Of a stretch of DNA of 64,000 nucleotides, positions 20,481 through 34,423 are shown in pieces. The stretch covers positions 124,001-188,000 of the forward strand of contig NIVC01001504.1 in assembly GCA_002269645.1 (NCBI GenBank), written 5' to 3'. The stretch is from Macrostomum lignano (taxonomy: Eukaryota). Position numbers and translations under genes: made by a program. The first letter of the stretch is position 1, and each line of letters begins with the position of its first letter. Under the pieces are notes generated by a model. It saw only the letters and a list, made by a program, of their open reading frames with translations, was not told where the DNA came from and did no database searches.

Positions 20481-22655
20481 GCGGCCGCGGCTGTCTGTGG
20501 GAAGGCGAAAAATAATTAGGCGCTCAATGCAGACTACTGATAATAGCAAGTCAGTAGCACAGAGAATATCGCTTGTAAATTCTGCTTTCGCACAGTAAAA
20601 GAAAAGCAATACAATTTTTTTCCTAAACCCAGTGTTCGGTATGATTGTTAATATTTGATTGGAGTCAAGACCTTGTTTAGTCCCCACCCAAGACCCAATT
20701 AGTAGTGTATAAAAATCGAATTGGGTTGAAATATTATTTAAGACAAGGATCTATATATGATTATTGGGATGCTAAGATTCTTCGATTGGGATTAGGATCA
20801 AATATGTTGTAGTCTATAATATGAGCTACTGAGTACATATAATGACAGCTATACCTCTTCACTAAGCATAAAAGCATGTATGCTAGAATATTTTTCCTTA
20901 TAACTGTTATCATTTATTTGTATTTTATAAAAAAGAATACATGTGTTTTTGGTGCCCACATATAGTGTCATATTTTGAATCAAATTTTTACCACAGATAG
21001 GAGGCCTGATGTTACAACTGGCAAAATGAATTAGTGCCCATTCTGCTAACTCCTCTGAGTAGACACACCACAGATATGTATGCAGTTATATGCACAGGCA
21101 CATGCTCACAAGAGTGTACAGTAGCCCTAACTTTATTTATTGTTAGGCATGTACACTTCTCTATACCTTGGAGATTAGACTTAAAGGATGTTTATTACAC
21201 AAGCAGGTCAAAGCTGAGATTTAAATTTAGTCCTAAATTTTAATGTTATTGCACTTAGAATTGAGCCTAGGTTGCTGGCTTATAAGAGTACTTTGTTAGA
21301 CCAATAGGTTATAGTCCCCTTGTTCAATTAATATTAGTCTATAAAAATAGCATCACTTAACTTAAGAAAAGAAAAACATCAAAGTCTTATACAGTAGATC
21401 ATAGTCTAAAAGACATTAGATTAAAGCTATCCTAATCAGTTTTTTGTATCTTGTATTTCAGAATGTTCAAGATAAATTGCTCACTAGTGCATGCCATAGA
21501 GTGGCAACTTTTCAATGTTGTTGAGTATATATAAAAAGCATATATATTCTTAGAACCTATGAATTGAAATTGGTACTTTGTTGCTAAGTATATTTTTTAA
21601 ATGTATATGTATATTATTATATATTTATATTTAAAAAAAGATTTTTCATTAATGCACTAATATGATAGAAGCTACAAATGTGATCTTATAGTCAAAATTT
21701 AAAAGTCATGTCTATGGGCTTTTGAATATCTATGCTGCAGAGCTATTTTTTCAATATGTAGCCACGCACTTAGTGAGTATAGCAAATTGTGTGCTACTTA
21801 TCTCCAGAAGATGTAGTGCATGCCAGAATTTTCCAGCATGCATTTAAAAATGTTAATGTACATGGCATGCATAGTAAAATATCAACATGCATGGCATGCA
21901 ATAAAAAGAAAGTGTAGTAATCAGGGTGCACAATTGCCTTACAATCTATATTACAACATGCCAGTGTGAGGCATATGATGGATAGACATTAAAGTTATTT
22001 GCAGTGAAAAGCAGAATATATTTACAATTTGAGAAAAAAATTAGAAAAGCAGTTTTTTCTATAGGTGTAAATATACATGCGCAACAGTCGGCCGAGTCGG
22101 CCGATCTGGATGACTGATTTGGCAGCCAACCAAGGTAAATCGCAAAAATGCCCACCTCAAAGAATATGGACATAGTACTAATTAGATGACAAGGCATTTA
22201 GCCTTTATATAAGACAGTCATAGTTACTCCTACTGTTTACCCAAAATTGCGTTCATTTTGCTTTAAGGTTTCTTTCATAGGTAAGTCACATTTTTGGTCA
22301 AAAATTATGTTGCATTTTTGTTAAAACTAAGTTGCACAGCCAACTGAATTTTTGAGGTTGCACATGTATGGGTATAAAGTTAAAAAAAGGACATGTATTT
22401 AATCAAGAATCTACAGGCATAAACAGTTTGTTAGTAGCAGCCGAAAAATGTTCCCATGTGGCCAGCACATCCACAAGACTTAAGACTATAGAGTATCATA
22501 TTATATTTTTTAGCAAAAGAGCTTTCTTTGAGCTATCTTTTGTTTATCATTTTGGAAAATGTTTTCTTCAACTTCTTGTACTATATGGCTCAAGTGCAAT
22601 GGAAAGTTCATTATTTAATAAAATAATTTTATATAAGAAGATAGAGACTAGAGCC

Positions 22656-23058
22656 TAGAGGTTGGATGGGATTAAAATCTTCAGGTGGGATCGGGATCAG
22701 GAATAATTTTTTTCTTGGGATTGGGATCAGGATTAGGATTCGGGAATTGGGATCAGGTCTTTTAGTGTATTGTAGCTTGTAAGTCCATATAAAGTTAAAC
22801 AAAATTGAGCTAAAAATGTCAAGATCAAAAAGTAGAATACAACAAAATTGATGCAAAGTTTTGTAACCAACAAATTAATAATGTAATGAGTACAAGGTGA
22901 AACAAAATACATTCAAGTAATCACTAATTCTATAAATTTTTAATCAAAAGACCTGTTCCCAATTCTCGCGTTTTTTAAGGTCAGGATTCTAGTCTCGCGG
23001 GAATCCAATTTTCCTTGGGATCCTGAGATTTCGAGATCGGGATTCCATCCAACCTCTA
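22656..23058. mobile_element. hAT-like MITE, about 400 bp
   Basis: TIR TAGAGGTTGGATGG at both ends; GGGATC-type subterminal repeats; flanks CTAGAGCC and ATAGAGAC match at 6 of 8 positions (degenerate TSD). Confidence 0.55.
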
Positions 23059-24479
23059 ATAGAGACGAACCATTTTTAGTATATAGATAGGATTAATAAA
23101 ATAAGTTTATATAAGAAGATAGAGACTAACCATTTTTAGTATATATGATAATAGTAAATGTTATGTAACATTGTATAAAACAATTAAATAACCAACTATA
23201 GGCCTATATAAGATTATTAGGATTTATTAAATGTCATAGAGGCCTAACTTACCACGTCAATTTATAAAAAGTATAACTGAGCAATAAAGTGCAAAACTTA
23301 AGATAATATGCAAAATGGGTAATAGCAACAGGAAAAGTGGAGCATATCCGATCCGAAGAAAATACTTAGGTGAGTATCAACTTAAACTTAAATTCAATTT
23401 TAAAGACAGTTATGCTAGCAATAGAAAGTAATAAATTTTTCAATACCTGCACGGCCGAATGATTTTTTGAATATCTGGCAGTGCAGTAAGAGTTATTGTT
23501 AGCCTTGGCTGGTTTATCAGTCCGTCTGCTACGCGCCTAGACCTAAGCTGATAATAATAATTTAATGTATATATATGGTTCTTAGAACTCTAAATGATTA
23601 AAAAATATCTAATATAAAATTATGGTATTTCAAACAAAGTATTTGTAACATACATGGGCTAATATACAAGTTTTAGAGACTATAGTACACTTAAATTTTA
23701 CCATTTTTTATTTTTTTTAATGACAATGTCAAGATTTGTATCATTGAGATTCTGACGTTTTCAACGATAGGTTAAAAAAATTAAATAGTTTCCACCATGC
23801 ATGCATTGATTGATTAGCAGAGAATAAGTTTTTAATTGAAACACGTAAGCACATTGGCCTACACCTAGTAGGCAGTAACTGCAGCTGATGGACTTGAACT
23901 TTGCTGTTATATAAAATACTCATCTGATAGTTGCTGTGCCATTGGCATTTTCATAGCCGATGGCGATAGGCTTAGCTAGGATCAATCAAACTGTACGACT
24001 CTACTCTAACTAGCCTAAAACTAGGCCTAACTCTAGGCCAGCTAAGCTAAGGAAGGCTTAGCTGGCATAGCTGAGTCAAGACACTAATAAAATATTGGAT
24101 AAAATTACTAGAATTAGGCCTAGCTAGTATTTGATGTGGTCACCGATCACTTCGGCGACAGGTCACTTCGGCGACAGTCACTTCGGCGACAAGTCACTTC
24201 GGCGACAGTCACTTCGGCGACACATTTGGATTACTTTGGCGACAGACATATATTGCATAAGCAGTTTATACCCTGGTATAGCGCCTAAAATAAAAAAGAA
24301 AGCAATTAAAAACGAATGCAAGAATAACAAATTTATAGCACCAAGTTTTTTACGCATTATAATAGAAAGCATTGCAATTATTTCGTTCTAAAAAAATACT
24401 GGTATACTGAATACATTACACACTTGTACATGTACAGTGTTTAGATGTTCTAGTTCAAACAAAATCGTCTTTCATTTCT

Positions 24480-24630
<151 letters not shown>

Positions 24631-25189
24631 TCCCGTCTCTCTCATAGCACAGTGCTAATCCTAGTAATAATATCGCTTAAATATATAATATCGCTTGCAT
24701 TATACACTGTACTGTACTCGCGTGTATTCTAATGCGCCTCTATGTGCATATTCGTTTTAGCACATCTTCTCTTCGGATTCATACATTCATTTTAAAATGC
24801 AATGCATATAGTTCAGCCTACCCACGTTTTATCACCTCGCTCTACTTTTCCACACCTCGAGCACGTTGTGCTCACAACACAATACATACTGCGGTATGTA
24901 CTGGCCTGTGTTTAGTGTTTCATATTCGATCTCCCACTGCTTGAGATTTACACCTGTAATTGATTTGACACGACAATGCATTAGTTGTACAGGTTAACTC
25001 GCAAAGCTGGGTATTAGTAGTCAAGGCCGTCCTTCTCTGAATACATTTATAAATACATGTACGAGCTGCCTACATGTACATGTAACTTTAACTGCGCTGC
25101 GATTTACCAACTTTTACCAACACATCATCTGAAGAGGATCAATACTATAATTTGTATCTTAATTCGACAATGCAAAGCGACACCTTTAA

Positions 25190-26565
<1,376 letters not shown>

Positions 26566-27679
26566 TCACAATGCTATTAACTTACATAATACCTTACCTT
26601 TATTACCATACTTTTGCCTCTTGCCTCCTCTTCTCTCTCCACTCTCTCCTCTCTTTCTCTCCACCATCTCTCCTGTCTTCTGTACACTGGTGCATCTGCA
26701 TATGCTTAACTTCTGTAATGCTAAGACTTCTAGTTGCTTGCTACATGTAACATCTTACTTTTAATGCATGTTTATTATTCTCTTTCTCTTTCTAATTTCT
26801 GCAACGGAGTGACAGAGTGTATGTGCCTGTACAGTGTACATGTACTTGTGTATGCCAAATAAATTTATCACAATACTTACAGTACTATATAATGCAAGTC
26901 AATTCATTTTGTACTTTATCGTAATGGGCGAATATCAATCAAAGAAAACGTGATATCAATCTATTAATTTAATTATCGTTCATAACGAAATACTGAAAAT
27001 TTGTGTTGCCTTTTTAATAAATCCGGATAAATCACACTTTTTAATCGTGAAGTTTCATTGGCAAAAAATACGTTATTATAAATGCGCTCTAAACAGAGAA
27101 CCTACAGTATTTAGCTAATTGTCGCCGAAGTGATCCAAATGTGTCGCCGAAATGACTGTCGCCGAAGTGACTTGTCGCCGAAGTGACTGTCGCCGAAGTG
27201 ACTTGTCGCCGAAGTGATTGTAATTCTTTGATGTTATTGATCATTAATACTATTAATTCTATTAATAATAGAATAGATGATGATGATTTTGTTATTGATT
27301 TCAGGATTTCAGTTCAACAAATTTTTTTCAACTAATTCCAAATCATATTTATTGTGATGGGAGACACATTTGATGATACAAAACTGTGCAAAAACATAGC
27401 ACAACTTGTCAGCTAGATAGACAGTAATACAATTTCAGTAGGCCTAGGTTACAATATAGGCCCTAGCCCCTAGGTAATAGGCCTAGTGCCATGGCTAATC
27501 TAGTAGAGCATTCTAACCAAACTGCCCTTTAGGTAAAGGCCAAATGAGCACAGATTTTTGGTTAAGCCAAGTTTTGAGTCAAAACTTACCAGTGCTTACA
27601 TCAAAAAGTTGAGAAATATTGAGAAAATAATCTGCATATTTTTATGTCCCTTTTTCTATATAGTCACACTATTATAGTG

Positions 27680-29111
27680 GAATTCCGGTTGTTTCACCCC
27701 CAAACTGTTTTGGCCATGTACATTTCGGCCCTAGACCATTTTGCCCATAGGCCATTTCACCCATAAACCAGTTCGGCAACGGGCGTTTTGGCCAAAATGG
27801 TGATTATGTATTTTAGAGATACAGCCATATATGTTATCTGTAACGAGTCCATCGGGGAGGCGAGCAGCAGGTGATCGAGAAGCCAGTGACAGTGGTCACT
27901 TACTCGAAGAGTATGGGCGATGTGGACCATATGGATTCGGTAGCGAACCCCTACCTGGCCAGCCGGAAAACGCTGTGCTGGTTTCAGAAACTTGCGCTTT
28001 ACCTGCTGCTGCTTCTAGTTCGGAACTCGTGGATTGTCTACCGCCAGCACAGAGATACCAAGACTTTCGTGGCATTTCTGCGCAAAGCGGTCAGCATCTT
28101 GGTAGAGGAGACTGGCAGGGGCAGGCACCATTTCGCTGTCAGGGCAGGCCATCCTGCAGCAGTCAGACCAGCAGGTGATGGTCCTGCAGTACAGCATTTG
28201 CCGACCAAAGCTCCATTGAACGCTGCCCATGTTCAGCCATGCAATCGATGCCGCGTGTGCAGCGAGAACCAAATTGCAAAGAAGACAGTTTACATATGCC
28301 CTGATTGTCCGGGAGTACTAGCACTTTGCATAGGCCAGTGCTTCAGAAACTGGCACAGCCAACCGCATTGACTATTACAGACCTCGTCTTCATGTTTTTT
28401 TCTTCCACACCCCCGGTTGACTTTGCTCTCTCCATTCCTAACCTGCTCTCCTTTTTGTCTCTACCCTTGAATAAAATTTAAGTAAATATTTATAGAGTAC
28501 CCTAACAAGGAGCTTTCCGTTGCTATGGTGTCAATCCAAAATCATCTGTTCTAATCCTGTTTCTGTTTTGTTAGCACTGTAAGATTACTACTAGGCTTAC
28601 TCATGTGATAATAGTCTGTAGCACTCGTGCTATTACTACTAGGCTTTCGAGTGCGATAATAGTCTTGGCTTGAGTAAGCCTAGTATTGGTTTTTGCATGC
28701 TAAGTGAGACATTTTTCAAGCAATCTGAGACTGAATAGCAAAAACACTATTGTCTATGGCCACCCCTCACTGCAGCCTAGCTTTTTGGGATCGCCTTGCA
28801 AGCAAAGTGAGAAATTTTTTAAAGCTAATGTAATACATGTGCTCATGGTCCGTGGCTCACGCTCAATTTGCACATCTCTGCTCTATCTGCTTTACATTAG
28901 TATATAGATTGTTAGTGTTTTAGCCCTGGAGTGGGGGTGGCTACTATTGAACCTCGCTTATAATAAATTGTATCGTTGCACACATGTTCATTTCAACCCT
29001 GGTCCAAATTGGAGGCGAAATGGTCCATGGCCGAAACGGTCTGTGGGCGAAATGGTCTGGGGGCCAAATGTCCATGGCCGAAACGGTTTAAGGGCAAAAC
29101 GACCGGTTACC
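27680..29111. mobile_element. Non-autonomous foldback-TIR (Mutator-like) element carrying a piggyBac fragment
   Basis: Imperfect TIRs GAATTCCGGTTGTTTCACCCCCAAAC and (reverse complement) GGTAACCGGTCGTTTTGCCCTTAAAC with CATTTCGGCC-type subterminal repeats; exact 8-bp TSD TTATAGTG (27672-27679, 29112-29119). Confidence 0.75.
27843..28371 (+). pseudogene. piggyBac transposase C-terminal fragment
   Basis: KP..V..Y.K.MGDVD (third catalytic Asp region), RKTLCWFQKL, NSWIVY, and the Cys-rich tail CRVC...T.Y.CPDC...LC...CF..WH. N-terminal two-thirds and TTAA-flanked ends are absent. Confidence 0.85.
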
Positions 29112-30799
29112 TTATAGTGTCATTTCATACAAAAATTTATATATATGAATATATTGTATTATAAACAATTTATACTATTGTGCAACAATACAATTGATAC
29201 AATTGTTAAAAAAGGAAAATGCCATGTTGAAATTTTGGCAATCCTCTAGATTTGCACATTTAATTCTTTTTTTGAAAAATAGTAACTTAATTAGTTATTG
29301 CAAGTAAATATTTAAACTTGCATGAGTGTAAGATGTGGTAGCAATCATTCTTGATTGAATAATTATTCATCTTAAACAATAACTCTTCTTGGTCATGGCT
29401 AGATACCCTGAGTACTCACTAGCATAAGCCTAGTTCAAGGCCATACTGATATTTCCTACATTAAAAGGCATATTTGGGCCCCATTTCATATAATTTATAT
29501 ATAGACCTATTAAAAATATTTAACTTCTCAACTTGACCTAAGTAAAATTTCTCAACAATTGAATAATTGAAAAAAATAGTTGATTGCTTGATATGTCAAG
29601 TAGGCCTACTTAGTTAAATACTCGTTTAACCTCTACCTAGGGGCAAAATACTTTAAACCTCTACCTAGAGGCAAAATAAAAGTTAACACGGGTAGATATC
29701 TAGTCATCTAGTCACTGCAAATAATGGGACAATTAGTTGAAACTTATTGAGATAAAGGTTTATAATAAATACAGGGTTATAATTTAAAAATTAATAAAAA
29801 TAGTTTTTTTAAAAATTGAATAAACTCTGCTTTGGCATATATTTATGACTAAGTTGAAAAATAATTAAATGTGCATTTCTTTACAATTGTTGATATAAAG
29901 GGGGCTAGATAACTGATAATAGAAAAATAGATAAGAATGATATATTTGGCTTAGTAATATTCTGCTAGGCATATAACTATTTTTTTTCTTATACTATTGG
30001 TTATTACAACTATATGAATACAACCATATTTTGCAAATGTATCTATAGCATTTAATCTATATTGACTTGATTGCCTTTTTGACTAGGCCCCTATTCATTA
30101 TCTCTTCCCTTTTTTCTTTTCTCTACTATATGTCTATTTCTTTTCATTTTCTTCTTTTTTCATTTCCCTTTTTCTTTCTTCTTTTTTTTCCTTTATCCTT
30201 TTCTTTTTTCCTTTCTCCCTATTCTTCATATATCTCCTCTTATATAGTATTTAAGTAACTAAAATAACAAAGTCTCTAATTCTAATTAAAGTTTTCTATA
30301 AGAGCAATGGCTTGTTTATCAGTTGGTTTCTAAAAAGCTTCATTTGTAATCTAGCCTTTAATCGTGGAAAGTGTTAGGCAAGTTTTCTACAAGTCTTAAT
30401 TATCTTAACTTATAAGATCTTCTATCCCAACCACAATGTGCATATGGTATTAGGAATATTGTTTGAGTCTTTGACCCTAAGGTCTTAAGAAATCCCCTTG
30501 TATTTTGATAATAAAAACATTAATATTAACTATAGCTCCATCTATTCAAACCCTAGTATATATATAATATCAACATTTCTGTCTTTGGGGCTTTTGTAAC
30601 TATATCTATATCTATAGAGCCTATGATATAGAGAACTCTAAAAGGTATCATGTTAGACTAAAAGAAGTATAATATAAAAAATAATCATGTTAAACATAAA
30701 AGAAGCCTTATGCCAAATAGAAAGAAGTATGGTATAAAAATAAAAAGAAGTAAATGAAACATTGTTTGAAACTGTATTATGATTCTTAGGAAGAATTAC

Positions 30800-31042
30800 T
30801 GAGATGTCAAGGCTTAGAAAGGTAATTTCTTAGATGTCAAGGCTCATTAAAGGAATAGTTAAGATTTTTAGTATATGGAGTTCAAGGCTTATAGAAAGAA
30901 TTGTTAAGTTGTCAAGGCTTATAGGGGAATTGCTAAGTTGTCAAGGCTTATAGGTGGGGATTGCTAAGATTTCAAGGCTTATAGCAGGGAATTGCTAAGA
31001 TGTCAAGGCTTAAGGAGGAATAGCTAAGATGTCAAGGCTAAA
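30800..31042. repeat. About 30-bp degenerate repeat (GTCAAGGCTTATAGG-AATTGCTAAG)
   Basis: GTCAAGGCT recurs about 8 times. Confidence 0.8.
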
Positions 31043-31329
31043 GTCAATAGTTATATAGTTTAGTCAAAAACTGTATTCTATTCTTTTTTGGCTCCTCCTC
31101 CTCAATAAGGATGCTGATTGTTAATATTATATTATACAAGTGGAACTCCTTTGGGGAAGAAAGGGAAGAACTCTCATTGCCAGAATTTTATTCTTTGAAA
31201 TTCTATGCTTTGAATCCCATCTTCCAAATTGTCTCTGAATTCTTTACAAAACTGTTTAAATATCATAGTCCATATATTGTTTTCCCTGTTTGAAACAACT
31301 GACTGCTATTGTCCAGACTAAGACTCTTA

Positions 31330-32195
31330 TGTCTCTTCTCTCCTCTCTGCACTCTTATTGTTACTCTCTTCTCTCTCTCTTCTCTCTCCTCTCATCTTTA
31401 CTCTCTTATTTATCTCTTTTCCCTCATCTTTTGTCTATTATCTCTCCTGTCTCCTCTCTTCTCTTTCCTCTCCTCTCTTATCTCTCCCCTCTCTTCTCTC
31501 TCATATCTCATCTTTAAACTCTTATCTATTGTCTTTCCTCTACCCTCTCTTATCTCTTTTCTCTCCTCTCATTTCTCATATAACCTATACTCTCTCACCT
31601 TCTCCTCTCCTTTCTTATCTCTCATCTTTCTTCTCTCCTTTCTACCATCTGTCTTCTCTCTTGTCTTCTCTCCTCTCCTTTCTCCTCTCATCTTCCTTCT
31701 CTTCTCTAATCTCTAATCTCTTCTTTCTCTTATTTTCTCACTCATCTCTTTTCTCATTGCCTCTCATCTTTCCTCTTGCATTCTTATCTTTACCTCCTTC
31801 TTTCTCCTCACTACTTTCTTTACTTAACTCTCTCATGTCTGATATTTCATCTCTCTTCTCTCTCCTTTCTCCCCTCATTTCTCTCCTCTCATTTCTAACT
31901 CCCTTATTTATCTCTTCCTCCCTTACTCGTATTTACAATCTTCTCTCTTCTATTTCCTCTGTATGCTTTTATCTCTCCTCTCTTCTCTCTTCTCTAATCT
32001 TTCTTGTCTGTATCCTCTCTATTATCTCATATCTCCCCTCTCATCTCCTCTTTCCTCTTCTTTTCTTTCTCCCTCTTCATTCCTGCCTAACTTATCTCTT
32101 TTCTCCTATCTGTAATCTCTAATCTGTCTTCTTTCATATCTGCTCTCTTTTCTATCATCTCTTCTTTCTTCTCTTTTCACTCTTCTCTCTATTCT
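31330..32195. repeat. CT-rich low-complexity tract
   Basis: Read directly. Confidence 0.9.
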
Positions 32196-34423
32196 CTTAT
32201 CTGACCTACTGAAGGTGCCAAATCCATCAAAACCCTCCCCATGCAATAGAACTCTACAAATTTTATTCATGAAACTAAAATTCTCTCTGTCATCAAAATG
32301 CTCTCTGTCAAGCTGCAATCAATTAATTTAATCAATATCAAATTGCAGTCATAAAAATCATAATCATGCAGTCAATCAATATCAAATATTCAATGTAGAG
32401 GCATTAGCAATTAGAGTAAGGATTATGGTTAAAATATTTCATTCATTGTTAGTCATAGCCTCTCCACTGGGATAGCAATGAGGGCCGGGCCGCAAATGAA
32501 GTAATTCTAAAACTCAGTACTTTGCTATGTACACTGAGCCCTATTGCCACCAACCCCTAGCACAAGGGGTATTTGCATTAAACTCAAAACATGTGTCAAA
32601 AAGTTAAAAGTATGGAATTTTTTTAATGCTGTGCTTTCTGTTTTCATATTTAAAGCAAACAACTTATATCCCTAAACTCAGCATTGCAAGATCTTTCCAG
32701 CAGTATAAGTCTTTCCTTTCAAAGTTTAAAACTTAAGGAACAGTTAGCATTTGAAATTTCCTGACTTCCCAACTACTTGCTTGAGATGCTTGCAAGTTTA
32801 TTTATTGAATTTCACTGCTTAGCTAATACATGAGGCTGCCTATTGAAAGGCAGCAATAATAAAACCAATTGAATCTCTACATAGTACTAGCTATCTGCTT
32901 ACACTGTACAATTGCTATGTACACTCAGCCCAACCCCCCAGTTTCGGGGAATCATTAAACTTAATTGCACCCCTGACATGGGGGGTACTTGGCTTGACAC
33001 AGAACATGTGCACCTATCTCCCCAAGACACAGTGACCTGCTAGCAGAGGTTAGGGTAGCTTTTTACAAACAGGCTGCAACCCCTCTACTAGAAAGGCAGA
33101 GTGGCCACAGAAAGGCTAAAGAAGGTTAAGAAATCAGTTTTTTGCTTTTTTATGGATCTTAAAATGTAAAAATGAAAGATTAAAATAGCCTAAACCATGA
33201 TCTAGAAAAAAATTGCAGTTTTCCTATTTAAGTTTCAATGGTGACTTGCCAGTAGTATAGGGGTTCACTTGCAACACATACACACAGACAAACATTGCAT
33301 CAGTTTTAGTAGTGAAAAACAATCTCTATCCTATTGAAGTTATTACTTACATTTTTAACAAAAACCAGATAAGTTCATTAATAAAAATCAAAGAATATTT
33401 AAATCTTGACATATGTGATTTTTAAACTAGTCTTTATGCTTACATTTAAAATAATTTTGATAAACTGTAGGTTTCATATAGTTTTTATTAGTTAAAAAAG
33501 GCATTTTTAATGCTATTAAAGTAAGCTTTATGTAGGTGAGAGTCTTGCTATAACTGAATTTTCCATACACATTTTAATCCTTTTTTATACTATAGCTTTT
33601 TTGCATCTAGTTTTTTCCCAGCCTATTGGTATAAATATATTTGTCTATACATAGCCAATAAATTTTGCATGATTTAATGGCATTAAGTCAAATGACAGTA
33701 GTTGTTTTATATATTTTTTTTCATAATTTGATCTAAAATCTATGATATATTTAATAGTAATAAAATAAATAGTAATGTTATAATGGCTTTATCTATCATT
33801 CATTAATATTTCCCCCTCTAACAATTTACTAGCAATATAGTCCTCCCCTTAGGGGTGCTAAGTCCTAGAAATTATATTATGTTTGTGCCCTAGCCAAATA
33901 TTTTATTAATTTGATTATGACTTATATCAGCTTGCAAAGAATATTCTATTTGGTTAGATAAGTTTAATAGGTTATTATGTTTAGGTAGCAATTAGTAAGT
34001 TTTAATAAGTTTGGTCAGCAAGATTTGCCCTATTATGGCCAAGGCAAAACTGCCATATAGTTCTTCAAGTATATTAGATAAGTTGTAAAAGTGCTTTCTT
34101 TGTTTTGTGGCCTTACCTTGCCTTTCTACCCTAATAGTATTTGGCATTCAAGTAAGGTTGATTTATTGACTTGTTTTATTTTCATAATCATGTTGAGCAA
34201 TAAGTTTATTATCCATCTACTAAACTAAAAATTTACTACAGTAAAAATATGTTCTAAATATCTATAGTTACATATTGAACAAAATCTGAATAAGTAATTT
34301 TGAATTCAAAATCAGAACACAATTCCCTATCACCTACTTATTTTACTTGCATGCTGACTAGTGCCCAGTAACATATTGAGTCCAGCACGTACTGCAGCAT
34401 ACTACTGAGCTGCAGGGCTCAGC

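Noticed and set aside
20481-20510. Trans-splice acceptor just upstream of the MOB2 ATG
   Set aside because: An AG with a pyrimidine tract is present, but cis- and trans-splicing cannot be told apart from DNA alone.
21480-21965. Cluster of GCATG/CATGCATG motifs
   Set aside because: Irregular spacing, no consistent unit or half-site geometry; cannot be distinguished from chance.
27843-28500. Intact or domesticated piggyBac gene
   Set aside because: Lacks the first two catalytic Asp regions, a convincing start and TTAA-flanked TIRs.
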